Assembly: GCA_963675745.2 (NCBI GenBank)
Contig: CAXXWX010000026.1
Coordinates: 704,001-768,000, forward strand
DNA from: Phycisphaerae bacterium
Lineage (GTDB): Bacteria > Planctomycetota > Phycisphaerae > UBA1845 > Fen-1342
Length of the DNA stretch: 64,000 bases
Direction: 5' to 3'
In this document: positions 29,857 through 40,488 of the stretch, piece by piece
How the letters are laid out: every line of letters starts with the position of its first letter
Numbering within the stretch: position 1 is the first letter of the stretch
Made by a program: the position numbers and the translations under genes
The notes under the pieces: generated by a model
Database searches by the model: none
What the model was told of the DNA's origin: nothing
The model's input: only the letters and a program-made list of their open reading frames with translations

Positions 29857-31244
29857 GTGGCAGTCGCGTCGGCCGTTTCGCCTTCGATCGGCTCCGGGCC
29901 GGTGCGGATCTTCCGGTCAAGAATGAACAACCAGGCCGCCAGCAGCAACGCGTAAATGATGCCGAACAACACAATCGATACGAGTATTTCCGCGCCGCTC
30001 ACCGCCGGGGATGCCGCCTCGTGCGTCCGCAGCAGGCCATACACAATCCACGGCTGGCGCCCGACCTCGGCGGCGATCCAGCCAAGCTGAATCGCCACCA
30101 GCGGAACGAAGACGGCGGCGACCAGGATTCGCAATAGCCACCTCTGCCGCGCAAGCACGCCGCGCCAGTGACTGATGGTGGCCACCAGGCTCAGCACGAT
30201 CATCAACATGCCGAGCGCGACCATCAGGTGGTAGCTCTGAAACGTCAACTGGATGGGTGGCCGATCTTCGAGCGGCAGCGGCTGCCCGTCGGGGCCAAGC
30301 TGGTCAAAGCCGCGCACCGTGGCATCCCAGCGGCCATACATAAGGAATCCCAGACCGCCGGGTATCGCCAGACCCGCCGTTCGTTCTGCGGCAGCGTCGG
30401 GCATGCCCAATATGTAGAGCGGGGCCCGGTCGCTGGTCTCAAAGAGCCCCTCCAGGGCGGCCAGCTTTGCCGGCTGGTGTTCACCAACCATGACCGCATT
30501 GGAGTGCCCCGACACCAGCGTGAGAATCGAGAAAACCAACGCAAACGGCAGCGCGATGCCGATCGACTTGCGCGCGAACTCCTCGTGGCGGCTTTTCAGC
30601 AGATAGTACGCCGACACGCTCAATACAAGGAAGCTGCCGGCGACGACGGACGCGATGAGCACGTGCGACAGGCGATCGAGCGTGGAGGGGTTCAGGACCG
30701 CGTCCACGAAACTGACCAGTTCCGCCCGCGTGCGAACCACGCCGTCGGCCATCGTGTATTCAACCAGCCGGTGCCCGGCCGGCGTCTGTTGCCACGAGTT
30801 CGCCACGATGATCCAGATCGCGGAAAATATCGAGCCCACCGAAACCATGATCGTCGAGAAAAAGTGCATCTTCGGCGACACCCGGTCCCAGCCGAACACA
30901 ACCACCGCCAGAAAACCCGATTCCAGGAAGAACGCAAAGACGCCTTCGGCGGCCAGGGCGGCGCCGAAGATATCACCGACATAGCGTGAGTACGTCGACC
31001 AGTTGGTGCCGAACTGGAACTCCATCACGATGCCGCTGGCCACGCCTATCGCGAAGATCAGCCCGAAGATCTTCGTCCAGAAGCGGGCCATCGACTTGTA
31101 CACCGGCGACTTGGTCATCATGTAACGCCCTTCCATGATGACCATCAACAGCCCGAGCCCGATGCTCAACGGCGGAAAGAGGAAGTGGAAGCCCACCGTG
31201 AGGGCAAACTGCACTCGGGACAACATAATGGGGTCGAGTTGCAT
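29853..31244 (-). CDS. cydA: Cytochrome bd ubiquinol oxidase subunit I
   Basis: RVQFALT..FH, EFQFGTNW, AFFLES, QPAKLAALEG, EVGRQPW. Confidence 0.97.
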   Translation of the reverse strand: MQLDPIMLSRVQFALTVGFHFLFPPLSIGLGLLMVIMEGRYMMTKSPVYKSMARFWTKIFGLIFAIGVASGIVMEFQFGTNWSTYSRYVGDIFGAALAAEGVFAFFLESGFLAVVVFGWDRVSPKMHFFSTIMVSVGSIFSAIWIIVANSWQQTPAGHRLVEYTMADGVVRTRAELVSFVDAVLNPSTLDRLSHVLIASVVAGSFLVLSVSAYYLLKSRHEEFARKSIGIALPFALVFSILTLVSGHSNAVMVGEHQPAKLAALEGLFETSDRAPLYILGMPDAAAERTAGLAIPGGLGFLMYGRWDATVRGFDQLGPDGQPLPLEDRPPIQLTFQSYHLMVALGMLMIVLSLVATISHWRGVLARQRWLLRILVAAVFVPLVAIQLGWIAAEVGRQPWIVYGLLRTHEAASPAVSGAEILVSIVLFGIIYALLLAAWLFILDRKIRTGPEPIEGETADATAT

Positions 31245-31531
31245 CGCTGAACTGCTCCCAAGGCTTACAGTGACGTTCGAACGAACGACGAGCACCCGCC
31301 CGCATTAGAATGTGGATGTTTGTCCCCTGCAATCCCCCCTCACCGTTCTTACACCGCTCCCCGGAAGAGCCAACTCAAACGTCGTTCGCAGCCACAAGCA
31401 ATGTACCGGCCTGCGCCCCGCAGGCCGTCGGGCGTGAAATGCGCTGTGTGCGCACCACCAACCGGCGAAGCGCGGACCACTACCGATACACTTGCGCCGG
31501 ATGACGAGATGTGCGTACGAAGTGGGATCGC

Positions 31532-32134
31532 TTACGGGTCTGTGGCGGCGATGTTCGCCGCTTGGACTGCGGAATCGCAAATCTCAAGCGCGTCATGCCG
31601 ATGGATCTCGGCGAGTTGGTCGGCTTCCTGCTGGACATGCGCCAGCAAGCGCAAGACGGTGCCGGCCTGAGACCGGAGCGACGTCTCTTCGTCGTCGCCA
31701 CCTATCGCAGCCACGTGCAGATCGGCAACTTCACAGGCCAGGAAACGCGCCAGCTTACGGTTGATGCGACGCAGCGTGTTGCGGATACGAGGCTTGTCAG
31801 TCTCCGCCAATCCCACCCAGAGCATGTTCGAGACCGTAAACTCGTCGCCGCAATGCGCGGCAAATGCCAGCAAGCGCTCGGCGGCATCGGCCGACGCCTC
31901 GGGATGAAGCAGCATTTTCCAGGTGCGTTCGGCGACATCGTACGCATACTCGATCGCCGCTATGAATAGCGCCGTCTTGGTGGGCCATAGCTCACGCAGT
32001 TCGTGAGGGGGAACCTCACAGCGGCGGGCGACCTCCCGCATGCTTGTGTTCTGGTAGCCAAGCTCGGAAAACACCTTGGCGACTGTGGGGAGCAGCTCAC
32101 GCCCACGCTGTTCGAGCTGGCTCTGAGGCGACAT
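31532..32134 (-). CDS. TetR/AcrR family transcriptional regulator
   Basis: FSELGYQNTSMREVARRCEV...LWPTKTALF helix-turn-helix. Confidence 0.8.
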   Translation of the reverse strand: MSPQSQLEQRGRELLPTVAKVFSELGYQNTSMREVARRCEVPPHELRELWPTKTALFIAAIEYAYDVAERTWKMLLHPEASADAAERLLAFAAHCGDEFTVSNMLWVGLAETDKPRIRNTLRRINRKLARFLACEVADLHVAAIGGDDEETSLRSQAGTVLRLLAHVQQEADQLAEIHRHDALEICDSAVQAANIAATDP

Positions 32135-32512
32135 GCACGCACCTTTCCCTGGACCGTGTCGTCGATTTGCATGCCACGCGGGCATTTCGGCGCACCGCAT
32201 TGGCGTGTTCATTCCATCGGACGAGTTTCCGCCAGGCTTTCGGCGTTCAACCCGAATTCAGGCGCAGAATTCGCCCGTTGCCAACATGTCTGGTCACTAA
32301 ATACCGACGGCAATGAGATTTGCGCCCCCGAGGCCGCGCGCCGCCCGGCCAACGTCCCTGACAGCGGCCACGCGATTACCGCGCCCTTCGACTCGCCGGG
32401 TCGTTCCCCTGACTTGCGCAGCGGCCGCGTGCCGCGGCCCGGTTGACTGCCGACTGACACACGAGTAGCATCCCGCTCGACCAAAAGAACCTCCTCCGGC
32501 TGCCGCCGGCAG

Positions 32513-33487
32513 ATGATGGGTACCATGCCGACGTTACAGGTCGCCATCTTCGCACTAAACGAAGAATCGACTATCCAGCAAGTCATCCGAGACGTGCCCC
32601 AGTCAATCCCCGGGATAAGCCGCATACTGATTACGGTGATTGACGACGGTTCGAGCGACCGGACGGCGGAATTGGCACGTGACGCCGGCGCCGACGTGAT
32701 CTCGCATGGTCACAATCGCGGGCTGGGCACGGTGTTTCGTTCCGCGGTGGCCGCCGCGCTCGACAACAACGCCGACATCCTGGTGACGGTCGATGGCGAC
32801 GGGCAGTTTCAGACGGGTGACATTCCCACGCTGCTAGCGCCGATACTCGGCGGCACGGCGGACATGGTCACCTGCTCGCGGTTCCTCGACCCCGAGCTTG
32901 CTCCGCGCATGCCCGCGGTCAAGGTCTGGGGCAACTCGGTGGTCGCCAGATTGGTGTCGGCGCTGACGGGACATCGTCTGCACGACGCATCGTGCGGCTT
33001 CCGCGCCTACAATCGTGACTGCCTTATCCACCTCAACCTGATGGGCCGTTTCACCTACACGCACGAGACGCTTCTGGAATTGATCTTCAAGCGTATGCGC
33101 GTCGTCGAACGGGCGTTGCCGGTGCGCGGGGTGCGTGAGTTCGGCAAGTCACGCGTGGCATCCAACGTATTCGCCTACGGGTGGCGCACGCTTCGCATCA
33201 TTGTCGGCACGGTGCTGCATCACCGCCCCCATCACGTATTCACCGCGCTCGCGGGGCTCAGCGCCGCTTTGGGTGTGATCCTCGCCGTCGTCGGCTATGT
33301 TCCGTTTCTGCTGACCGGGTATTTCACGAAGTGGGCCATGTTCACAGCCGCGTTCCTGTTTGGGCTGGCGGTGTTGATGATTCTGTTCGGTATGCAGGCG
33401 CGTGTCCTTTACCGCAGCCAGTTCCTGCTCGAGGAGATCCTGTATCAACACCGGCTCGACGCGACCAGGCGCAGACGCGACTCGTGA
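32513..33487 (+). CDS. GT2 polyprenol-phosphate glycosyltransferase (DPM1/GtrB-like) with two C-terminal TM helices
   Basis: ALNEE, IDDGSSDRT, NRGLG, DGDGQ, DASCGFRAY, R..GKSRV. Confidence 0.9.
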   Translation: MMGTMPTLQVAIFALNEESTIQQVIRDVPQSIPGISRILITVIDDGSSDRTAELARDAGADVISHGHNRGLGTVFRSAVAAALDNNADILVTVDGDGQFQTGDIPTLLAPILGGTADMVTCSRFLDPELAPRMPAVKVWGNSVVARLVSALTGHRLHDASCGFRAYNRDCLIHLNLMGRFTYTHETLLELIFKRMRVVERALPVRGVREFGKSRVASNVFAYGWRTLRIIVGTVLHHRPHHVFTALAGLSAALGVILAVVGYVPFLLTGYFTKWAMFTAAFLFGLAVLMILFGMQARVLYRSQFLLEEILYQHRLDATRRRRDS

Positions 33488-33634
33488 CCATCCACGCGCG
33501 ACATTGGCGCAATTGACGCTCGCCGAGGCAGCTTCTAGAATCGCGCGCGTGCTTGCTTCCACCGGTTGAGGTCGGTCTCCGCCACGGGCACGGCGCCACC
33601 GGGGCCGTGACACAATCGGCGGATGGTAGCTAGG

Positions 33635-33818
33635 CCGTCCCGCAGGGACGCAATGAACATAGCCCAGCACGAAGTGCTGGGGCAATCGTGGCCACGTGAA
33701 AACCGAGTCCCGCAGGGACGGCTGAGCTTTCAGTCGTCCCGATGGGACTTGGCGCCAGGTGCGCGATCGAAACCCAGCACCGCGTGCTGGACTATATTCA
33801 GATGCCCCTGCGGGGCAC
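33635..33818. repeat. About 180-bp nested palindromic element (six hairpins in inverted symmetry)
   Basis: GTCCCGCAGGGAC / CCCAGCACGAAGTGCTGGG / GTCCCGCAGGGAC mirrored by GTCCCGATGGGAC / CCAGCACCGCGTGCTGG / GCCCCTGCGGGGC. Confidence 0.75.
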
Positions 33819-33902
33819 ATGACTCGGAAACCACGGACGCGGAATTCCCGCCGCAAGTTTCACGGACCCGGCGCCACCCCGCACTGACATGGGCTCGTTC
33901 CG

Positions 33903-34574
33903 TTGATAATTGCACGCAACCAGGTCCGCGAGGCTCTTCTTGCCGCTTTCGAGGCCCACGGCGCCGCGCTGGGCAGCGAGATCACCGACGAGATGGCAAT
34001 CCCGTCGTATCTCCAGCGCGGGTTGATCTCGCGCGCCGTGTTTTGGCGCAAGCTGGACTTCATTCTGCGCGCCGCCAACCTTCGACCCGGCACGCGCGTC
34101 TTCGACTTTGGCTGCGGCACGGGCATCCTGCTTCAGGCCCTCAGCGCCGAGGGCCGGTCGGTGCAGGGCACGGACCTGCACCTGGAGTTGGCCCGCGAAG
34201 TTGTTCAGCGTCTGGGGCTCTCTCGCGTCGAGCTGCTCGCCGCCGACGCCTGGCCCGCCGCGGTGCCCGACGGTGAGATTGAGACCGTTATCGCCGCCAA
34301 CGTGCTGGAGCATATCGACGATCGCCGGGCCCTGATCGCCACACTCGCGAGCAAACTGACCCCCAGCGGCCGGCTGGTTATCTCCGGCCCCACTGAGAAC
34401 ACGCTGTACCGCATGGGCCGGCGTGTGGTAGGTTTCTCGGGGCACTACCACGTGACGACAATCCGAGACATTCTGGACGATGCACGCGCTGTCGGGCTGC
34501 GGCGTGTGCATCTCAAACGTTGGCCGCTGCCCGGACCGGCGTGTCTGTACCAGATTGCCGCCTTTACCCGATAA
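33903..34574 (+). CDS. Class I SAM-dependent methyltransferase
   Basis: VFDFGCGTG, NVLEHI, LTPSGRLVISGP. Confidence 0.9.
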   Translation: MIIARNQVREALLAAFEAHGAALGSEITDEMAIPSYLQRGLISRAVFWRKLDFILRAANLRPGTRVFDFGCGTGILLQALSAEGRSVQGTDLHLELAREVVQRLGLSRVELLAADAWPAAVPDGEIETVIAANVLEHIDDRRALIATLASKLTPSGRLVISGPTENTLYRMGRRVVGFSGHYHVTTIRDILDDARAVGLRRVHLKRWPLPGPACLYQIAAFTR

Positions 34575-34598
34575 CCGGCATCGCCGGTGTGAAAGCTC

Positions 34599-36704
34599 AT
34601 GAGTCAGATCGCAGCCACAGTCACCCCACCTGACCAGCCCGCGGCATCCCCGCCGCCCGGCGACCCCGCGCGCGCGTTTCGACGGTTCGAGCGCTTCACG
34701 CTCGTCGCCTTTGCCGTCTTCTGGCTGGCCTGGATGGTGCTGCTGTTTTACATTCGCATACAGCATCCCGGACTTGATCACGGCGACCCGTTGCCCGATG
34801 CCAACGTGCTAAACGCGGGCAAGAACTTCGACGCGCACGGCCTGGGCCTGAATTACGGCGTGCCTCAGTGGGAGACGTACACCGACTCCAGGCGCCCGCC
34901 GCGCCTTTATACACACTACCCACCGTTGGCATACTGGACCCACCAGGGGCTGAAGGCGCTCGGGCTGCACGAGCTGGCCCACTTCCGCGCGTTCTCTCTG
35001 GCCATCTCGGCGGCGGCCGTCTGGCTGGTGCTGATATTCATAGCGATGGTCACGCACAGCCGTCTGCTGGGCGTGCTCGGCGCCTTCTTCTACGCCTGGA
35101 GCATTCCGTTTGCCGAGTATGCCGACAGCATGAACATGCACGGCTACATGCAGTTCACGCTTTTCGGCTGTTTGATTGCTTGGGTCGCATACGAACGCGC
35201 CGAACGCCGTGGACGGCGCGCGCTGTGGCTGGCGCTCGCACTGCTCCTGTTTATCACCGACTGCTGGCTGACCTTCGAGCACATCCTGCTGATCGGGGGC
35301 TTCACCTTCGGCCGGGCCGTGTGGATTCGCTCGCGGCCGAACTGGAAGGGCTGGCTGCTGATCTTCCTGGTCCCGATCCTGGTGATGGGTGTACGTGTCG
35401 TACACAACGGGATGGCGCTCGGCGGCGTGCGCGCCAGCATCGATGACCTCACCGCCGCCGCCAAATTTCGCGCCGGTGGCACTTCAGAGAAGATAACATT
35501 GGCAGCCCTGTGCGATATCTGGGTTGCCCGCCTCGGCGGCGACGAATTGCCACCCGAGCATCACGACGTCGAGATGGAGTATCCGGCGCTTAACCCGCGC
35601 CTGGTCAGGATCGCCGTCCTTTTGTCTCTTGTGCTCATCTGCACATGGCACTACCGGCAGGTGCGTGGGCCGCGCCTGGGCATCTGGAACGGACTATGGC
35701 TACTCGCGTGCGCCATTCCGTGGTTTGTCATCATGCGCGAGGGAACCTTCGGGCACCGGCATAACATTCTCGTGCTCACCCCGGCCCTCGCACTGCTGCT
35801 CGGCAGCCTGGCATCGACCGGCTTGTTGCACGCGTTTGTGCCACGCCCGCGTTTCGCGCCCATCCGCTGGGTCGCGCCGCTGCTGGCCCTGGCGCTGATG
35901 GGCACGTTCGCCTGGCGCATGAAAGACTCTCACGTGCTGAACCAGGTGTGGGACATCAACCCAAGGCTGCGCGAGAGCATTCTATTCCTGCGCAGCTCGC
36001 ATCAGCGCATCGCGGCCGCCGGCCGGCGACTCAACGATGTACGGCGGATAGTCTTCCTCGATCGCTGGCGTGTGCCCGCCTACCTGGCCGATCAGCCATA
36101 CCAGCTTATGGACTGTGTCCAGGTGCCGAAGTCGCTGGTTGCCGGTGACGTCTTCTGGCACCAATGCTGGTCGGCCGAAGAGCAGGAGCTCACGTTTGAC
36201 GCCCTTTCCAGGTACGGCTTCCCAGATCAACTGTCGCCGCCAGCGACACGCTCACTGGTTTTCCATGGCGGGCGCGTGCCTGGACTGCCTTTACACCTCG
36301 CGCTTGACGAACAGCACGAGCTGGCGGCCATGCACGCCAGCCGGGCACTCGACTGCCCACGCTGGTTTGTCCAGTGTCACCTGACCGGCCAGATCGACAA
36401 ACAGTGGGCGGAGCAGCTTGTGTTCAACTGCCGCCTGCTCGATGCGAACGGTGAGCGCGTGGAGGCGGAGGAGACGCGTGTGGCGTGGGGCATCTGGAAC
36501 TCGGAAGAGGCGCTGCTGTGGGTCTCATTCGCCGAAGCTGACGTTGCCCGTTCGAGCGCGCTGCGTATCGGCTTCTGGTCTGACGATCAACTGGCCGCGT
36601 GCAGATTTGCGCCGTCGAGCGGAGAATTGCCCGCGGGGGTCGAACTCGCCGACGACGGCCGCGCGGTTATCTGGCGCCGACCGCCCTGGCTGAACGCTGA
36701 CTGA
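34599..36704 (+). CDS. Polytopic membrane protein, GT-C (ArnT/PMT-like) glycosyltransferase candidate
   Basis: First TM then DHGD..D loop, YTHYPPL, about 11 hydrophobic segments, soluble C-terminal domain. Confidence 0.65.
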   Translation: MSQIAATVTPPDQPAASPPPGDPARAFRRFERFTLVAFAVFWLAWMVLLFYIRIQHPGLDHGDPLPDANVLNAGKNFDAHGLGLNYGVPQWETYTDSRRPPRLYTHYPPLAYWTHQGLKALGLHELAHFRAFSLAISAAAVWLVLIFIAMVTHSRLLGVLGAFFYAWSIPFAEYADSMNMHGYMQFTLFGCLIAWVAYERAERRGRRALWLALALLLFITDCWLTFEHILLIGGFTFGRAVWIRSRPNWKGWLLIFLVPILVMGVRVVHNGMALGGVRASIDDLTAAAKFRAGGTSEKITLAALCDIWVARLGGDELPPEHHDVEMEYPALNPRLVRIAVLLSLVLICTWHYRQVRGPRLGIWNGLWLLACAIPWFVIMREGTFGHRHNILVLTPALALLLGSLASTGLLHAFVPRPRFAPIRWVAPLLALALMGTFAWRMKDSHVLNQVWDINPRLRESILFLRSSHQRIAAAGRRLNDVRRIVFLDRWRVPAYLADQPYQLMDCVQVPKSLVAGDVFWHQCWSAEEQELTFDALSRYGFPDQLSPPATRSLVFHGGRVPGLPLHLALDEQHELAAMHASRALDCPRWFVQCHLTGQIDKQWAEQLVFNCRLLDANGERVEAEETRVAWGIWNSEEALLWVSFAEADVARSSALRIGFWSDDQLAACRFAPSSGELPAGVELADDGRAVIWRRPPWLNAD

Positions 36705-37854
36705 CTTTGCTCGCAGCGCAAGCCCGGCCACCGATGGCCGCCAGCAACCCGGCCGCCAATCCCAGGAAGATCACGCCCGATCCGCCCGTCGAGACGAAGG
36801 GCAACGAAATGCCCTTGGTCGGAATGCTGTTGGTCACGACGCCGATGTTAAACGCGGCCTGCAAACCGATCGTCAGTGTCAGCCCCAGCGCCAGCATGCT
36901 GCCAAACAGGTCGGGGACGCGCCGCGCGATCCACCAGCCGCGCCAGAGCAGCGCGATGAACAGGGCGGTGACAACCATGCCCCCCACGATCCCCAACTCC
37001 TCGCAGATGATTGCGAGGATGAAGTCGTTATTGGCCTGCGGCAGATAGGACTTCTGCACGCCGGCCCCCAGGCCTTGCCCCCACCAGCCGCCGGAGCCGA
37101 TCGCGATCATGGCCTGATTGATCTGATACCCGCCATCGAGCGGATCGGGCGTTTCGAAGTAGAAATCGCGAATGCGCGGCCAACGGTGGGGCTTGAGGCG
37201 GATCATGACCACGCCGGCCGCGAATCCCAGCGGAACCAGCAGCGACAGATGCCACCAGCGGGCACGCGCGGCGAAGAGCATGCCGACCATGATCGTACCC
37301 ATCAGCACGCCCGTGCCAAAGTCCTCGATCGTCACCAGCAGCAGCAGCGGCACCAGCGACAGGATGACCAGTGTGAACCCCCTGAATATCCGGCGCACGT
37401 CGAGCACCGGCGACGTGAGCAGCGCCGCCAACCAGATCACCATCACGAGCTTGGCGACCTCCGGCGGCTGAAAACTGAGCGACCCCACGCCGATCGAGCG
37501 TTTGGCTCCCATCGCGCGCTGTCCGATGCCGGGGATATACATGGCGGCCACCAGCGCAAGCGCCACCAGGGCGATCAGACCCACGCGCCAGCAATCGCGC
37601 CACCGCTCGCAACGCAGCAGAGAGTAGTTGAAGTGCGCGGCGAGCAGCATGGCGAGGAAGCCCATCATTACGAAGACGGTTTGCTTGATCGGGGTGCGCA
37701 ACCAATGGTCGAGCGCCAGGTCCACGCCCTCGTAAGAGATGCGCGCCGAATACGCCATCGCCACGCCCAGCACCATCAGTGCCCCGACGATCAGGATGAC
37801 CACGCCGTCATAGGTCGGCGCGGCGTTGTGACGCAGGTCGGGCGTGTCGGCCAT
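36667..37854 (-). CDS. ftsW: SEDS peptidoglycan glycosyltransferase FtsW
   Basis: GAKRSI, FQPPEVAK, DFGT, GYQ..Q..IAIGSGG, DFILAIICEELG, PTKGISLPFVS.GGS. Confidence 0.95.
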   Translation of the reverse strand: MADTPDLRHNAAPTYDGVVILIVGALMVLGVAMAYSARISYEGVDLALDHWLRTPIKQTVFVMMGFLAMLLAAHFNYSLLRCERWRDCWRVGLIALVALALVAAMYIPGIGQRAMGAKRSIGVGSLSFQPPEVAKLVMVIWLAALLTSPVLDVRRIFRGFTLVILSLVPLLLLVTIEDFGTGVLMGTIMVGMLFAARARWWHLSLLVPLGFAAGVVMIRLKPHRWPRIRDFYFETPDPLDGGYQINQAMIAIGSGGWWGQGLGAGVQKSYLPQANNDFILAIICEELGIVGGMVVTALFIALLWRGWWIARRVPDLFGSMLALGLTLTIGLQAAFNIGVVTNSIPTKGISLPFVSTGGSGVIFLGLAAGLLAAIGGRACAASKVSQRSARAVGAR

Positions 37855-37858
37855 CACG

Positions 37859-39013
37859 TCACCTCAGCTTGACCGTGGCCAGGGCAAACACGGCGAACAG
37901 GGCCGCGACCAGCCAGAAGCGCATGACGACCTGCATTTCCGACCAGCCGCCGAGATGCAGGTGGTTGTGCAGCGGTGCGCAGCGCAGGAACCGCCGCCCG
38001 CCGGTCCAGTGGAAATACGAGATTTGCAGCAGCACCGAAACGGCCTCGATCACGAAGATGCCGCCGACAAGGAACAGCATCAGTTCGAGGCGCGTGACGA
38101 TAGCCACGTATCCGATCAACCCGCCCAGCGGCAGTGACCCGGTGTCTCCCATGAACACCTGGGCCGGATACGCATTATACCATAGAAAACCTAGACAGGC
38201 GCCGCAGATCGCCCCGCACAGCACGGCCAGCTCCCCCGCCTCGCGCACGTGGAAGAACAAGAGGTATTCAGCGTACTCCTTGTCCCCCACCACCGTCGAA
38301 AGCACCATGAAGACCACGGCGGTCAACGCCATGCAGCCGCACGCCAGGCCGTCCATGCCGTCAGTCAGGTTGACCGCGTTTGAAGTGCCCGTGATCACGA
38401 TCACGCTGATCAGCCAGAACACCGGCGCCGCCAGCAGGATACCGTGGTAGGGCGCCGGCCCCTTGTAGAACGGCACACTCAGCACGTTGTACGGTACATA
38501 GTCCTTGGCGATGTCGAAGAAGCGATCTTCTTCGGCCAGGCCGCGGCCCGTCTTCAGAATGAACACGCCCAGCAGCGCCCCCAGCGCGATCTGAAAGACG
38601 AGTTTCTCCCACATCTTCAGCCCATCGCGGCCGCCGCGCCGCGTCGCCGTCAGCTTCAGATAGTCATCTATGCCGCCCAGCGCGGCCAGCCACACCAGGC
38701 AGATGAGACCCATGCGCACGTAGTACACGCGCAGGTCCGCCAGCAGCAACACGGTCACCAGAACCGAGACGACGATCATCACGCCGCCCATCGTCGGCGT
38801 GTTGCGTTTGGCCTTCATCATCTCGTTGAGCTGCTCATGGTTGAAGTTGGCGTGGTCACCGATCTTCAGCTTGAGCAATATGCGGATCACGCGCGGGCCC
38901 ATCGCCCACACCACCGTGAATCCCAACAGGATTGCCACCGCGCCGCGAAACGGCGCGTTCTGATACCCGTAGGGCTGTCCGGACATCAGCCATGCAAAAA
39001 ACTCATACAGCAT
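37859..39013 (-). CDS. mraY: Phospho-N-acetylmuramoyl-pentapeptide transferase
   Basis: KRNTPTMGG, DDYLK, SNAVNLTDGMDGL, FMGDTGSL, APLHNH. Confidence 0.97.
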   Translation of the reverse strand: MLYEFFAWLMSGQPYGYQNAPFRGAVAILLGFTVVWAMGPRVIRILLKLKIGDHANFNHEQLNEMMKAKRNTPTMGGVMIVVSVLVTVLLLADLRVYYVRMGLICLVWLAALGGIDDYLKLTATRRGGRDGLKMWEKLVFQIALGALLGVFILKTGRGLAEEDRFFDIAKDYVPYNVLSVPFYKGPAPYHGILLAAPVFWLISVIVITGTSNAVNLTDGMDGLACGCMALTAVVFMVLSTVVGDKEYAEYLLFFHVREAGELAVLCGAICGACLGFLWYNAYPAQVFMGDTGSLPLGGLIGYVAIVTRLELMLFLVGGIFVIEAVSVLLQISYFHWTGGRRFLRCAPLHNHLHLGGWSEMQVVMRFWLVAALFAVFALATVKLR

Positions 39014-39016
39014 CGG

Positions 39017-40429
39017 TCAACCTGTCGCCGCAAAGGCCGCCCACTTCCGCAGCGGCGTTACCAGTCGTTCCAACCCCACCGCTCGTGAACCCTTCAGCAG
39101 AACCACGTCGCCCGCCCGTAACAAACCCGGCAGCCCCAGCACGCACTCATCAACGCTCACAAAACTCGTCAGCGCCGGACCGCCGCGCGCGCTGAGCACG
39201 CGTTGCATCCGATCGCCGGCGGCCCCCACCAGCACCACATGGTCCAGGGCGCAGGCGCGCACGTGCTCGGCAACCTGCGCGTGTAGTTCCGCCGAACGCG
39301 GGCCCAACTCGCGCATCTCGCCCAAGACGGCAATGCGCCGCCCCGCGCTGGGGTGCTGCACCAGCATCTCGAGCGCCGCCCGCATGCTCTGCGGGTTTGC
39401 GTTATAGGCATCATTGAGAACCGTCAGATCGCCGAAACGCTGCAACTCGCACCGCAGCGCCGGCGGCGCGTAGGTCGCCAGACGCGCCGCGATTTCATCG
39501 TGATCAAGCCCCAGACGCCGCCCAACCGCGACCGCGCCGGCGGCGTTCAGAGCATTATGTGCCCCCGGCATCGGCAAGCGGTATTCAAAACGCCCGTTCA
39601 GCCGGAACATCAGCCACGGCGGCTCGTACACCACGTCGCTGACGCGCAGGTCCGCGTCCTCGCACGTGCCGAACGTCGTCAGCGTCAGCCCCTCGGCCGG
39701 CAGGTGCGCCTGAATCCCCGCCCACTCCACATTCACCGCCGCAAATCCGCTTTCCAGCCAGCCCAGCACCGAGCACTCTTCGGCGGCCACGCCGCCCAGA
39801 TCACCCAGCCCTTCCAGGTGCTCTTCGGCGATGGAGGTGATCACCGCGAGTGTCGGTCGCGCAAGCTCCGCCAGCGCGGCCACCTCGCCGGGTGCGTTGG
39901 TGCCGATTTCAACGACGAGGTAGTCATCAGAAGCGGCCGCCGACAACAGTGTCAGCGGCACGCCGATCGCGTTGTTGAAACTCCTGGGCGAGGCGCGCCC
40001 GGTGAAGCGCTCTCCCAGGATATGGTCGACCATGCTCTTGGTCGTGGTCTTGCCATTGCTCCCGGCGACAGCGATGACGCTGAGCGAGAGCAGGCGTCGG
40101 TGGTAATGAGCCAGCCGTCCCAATGCGGCGAGCACGTCGTCGACACCGATCAGGACCGGTCCCGCGCCTGCGATGCCCAACGCCGCAAGCGACGCCGCGA
40201 CTTCGGGGACGCGTGCCTGTGCCACCACCGCGGCGAGGGCGCCGCCCTCGGCGGCCTGCGTGACAAACTCATGCCCGTCAAAGCGATCACCGCTCAGTGC
40301 GAAGAACACATCACCGGACGCCACTTCGCGCGAATCGGTTGATACGGCGTTCGCGCTTAGCGGCGGCACGGTTTCAACCGTACGTCCTTTGACCGCCTCC
40401 ACGATTTCGCTGAGCGTGAGTTTGATCAC
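39017..40429 (-). CDS. murF: UDP-MurNAc-tripeptide--D-Ala-D-Ala ligase
   Basis: TDSR, FDGH, GSNGKTTTK, FNNAIGVP, NDAYNANP.SM, LGEM.ELG, KGSR. Confidence 0.96.
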   Translation of the reverse strand: MIKLTLSEIVEAVKGRTVETVPPLSANAVSTDSREVASGDVFFALSGDRFDGHEFVTQAAEGGALAAVVAQARVPEVAASLAALGIAGAGPVLIGVDDVLAALGRLAHYHRRLLSLSVIAVAGSNGKTTTKSMVDHILGERFTGRASPRSFNNAIGVPLTLLSAAASDDYLVVEIGTNAPGEVAALAELARPTLAVITSIAEEHLEGLGDLGGVAAEECSVLGWLESGFAAVNVEWAGIQAHLPAEGLTLTTFGTCEDADLRVSDVVYEPPWLMFRLNGRFEYRLPMPGAHNALNAAGAVAVGRRLGLDHDEIAARLATYAPPALRCELQRFGDLTVLNDAYNANPQSMRAALEMLVQHPSAGRRIAVLGEMRELGPRSAELHAQVAEHVRACALDHVVLVGAAGDRMQRVLSARGGPALTSFVSVDECVLGLPGLLRAGDVVLLKGSRAVGLERLVTPLRKWAAFAATG

Positions 40430-40488
40430 GGCCGCAGGGAACCTCCATTATTCGGCACAACAAACACGTCCGACGCCGCGTGCGCCGG

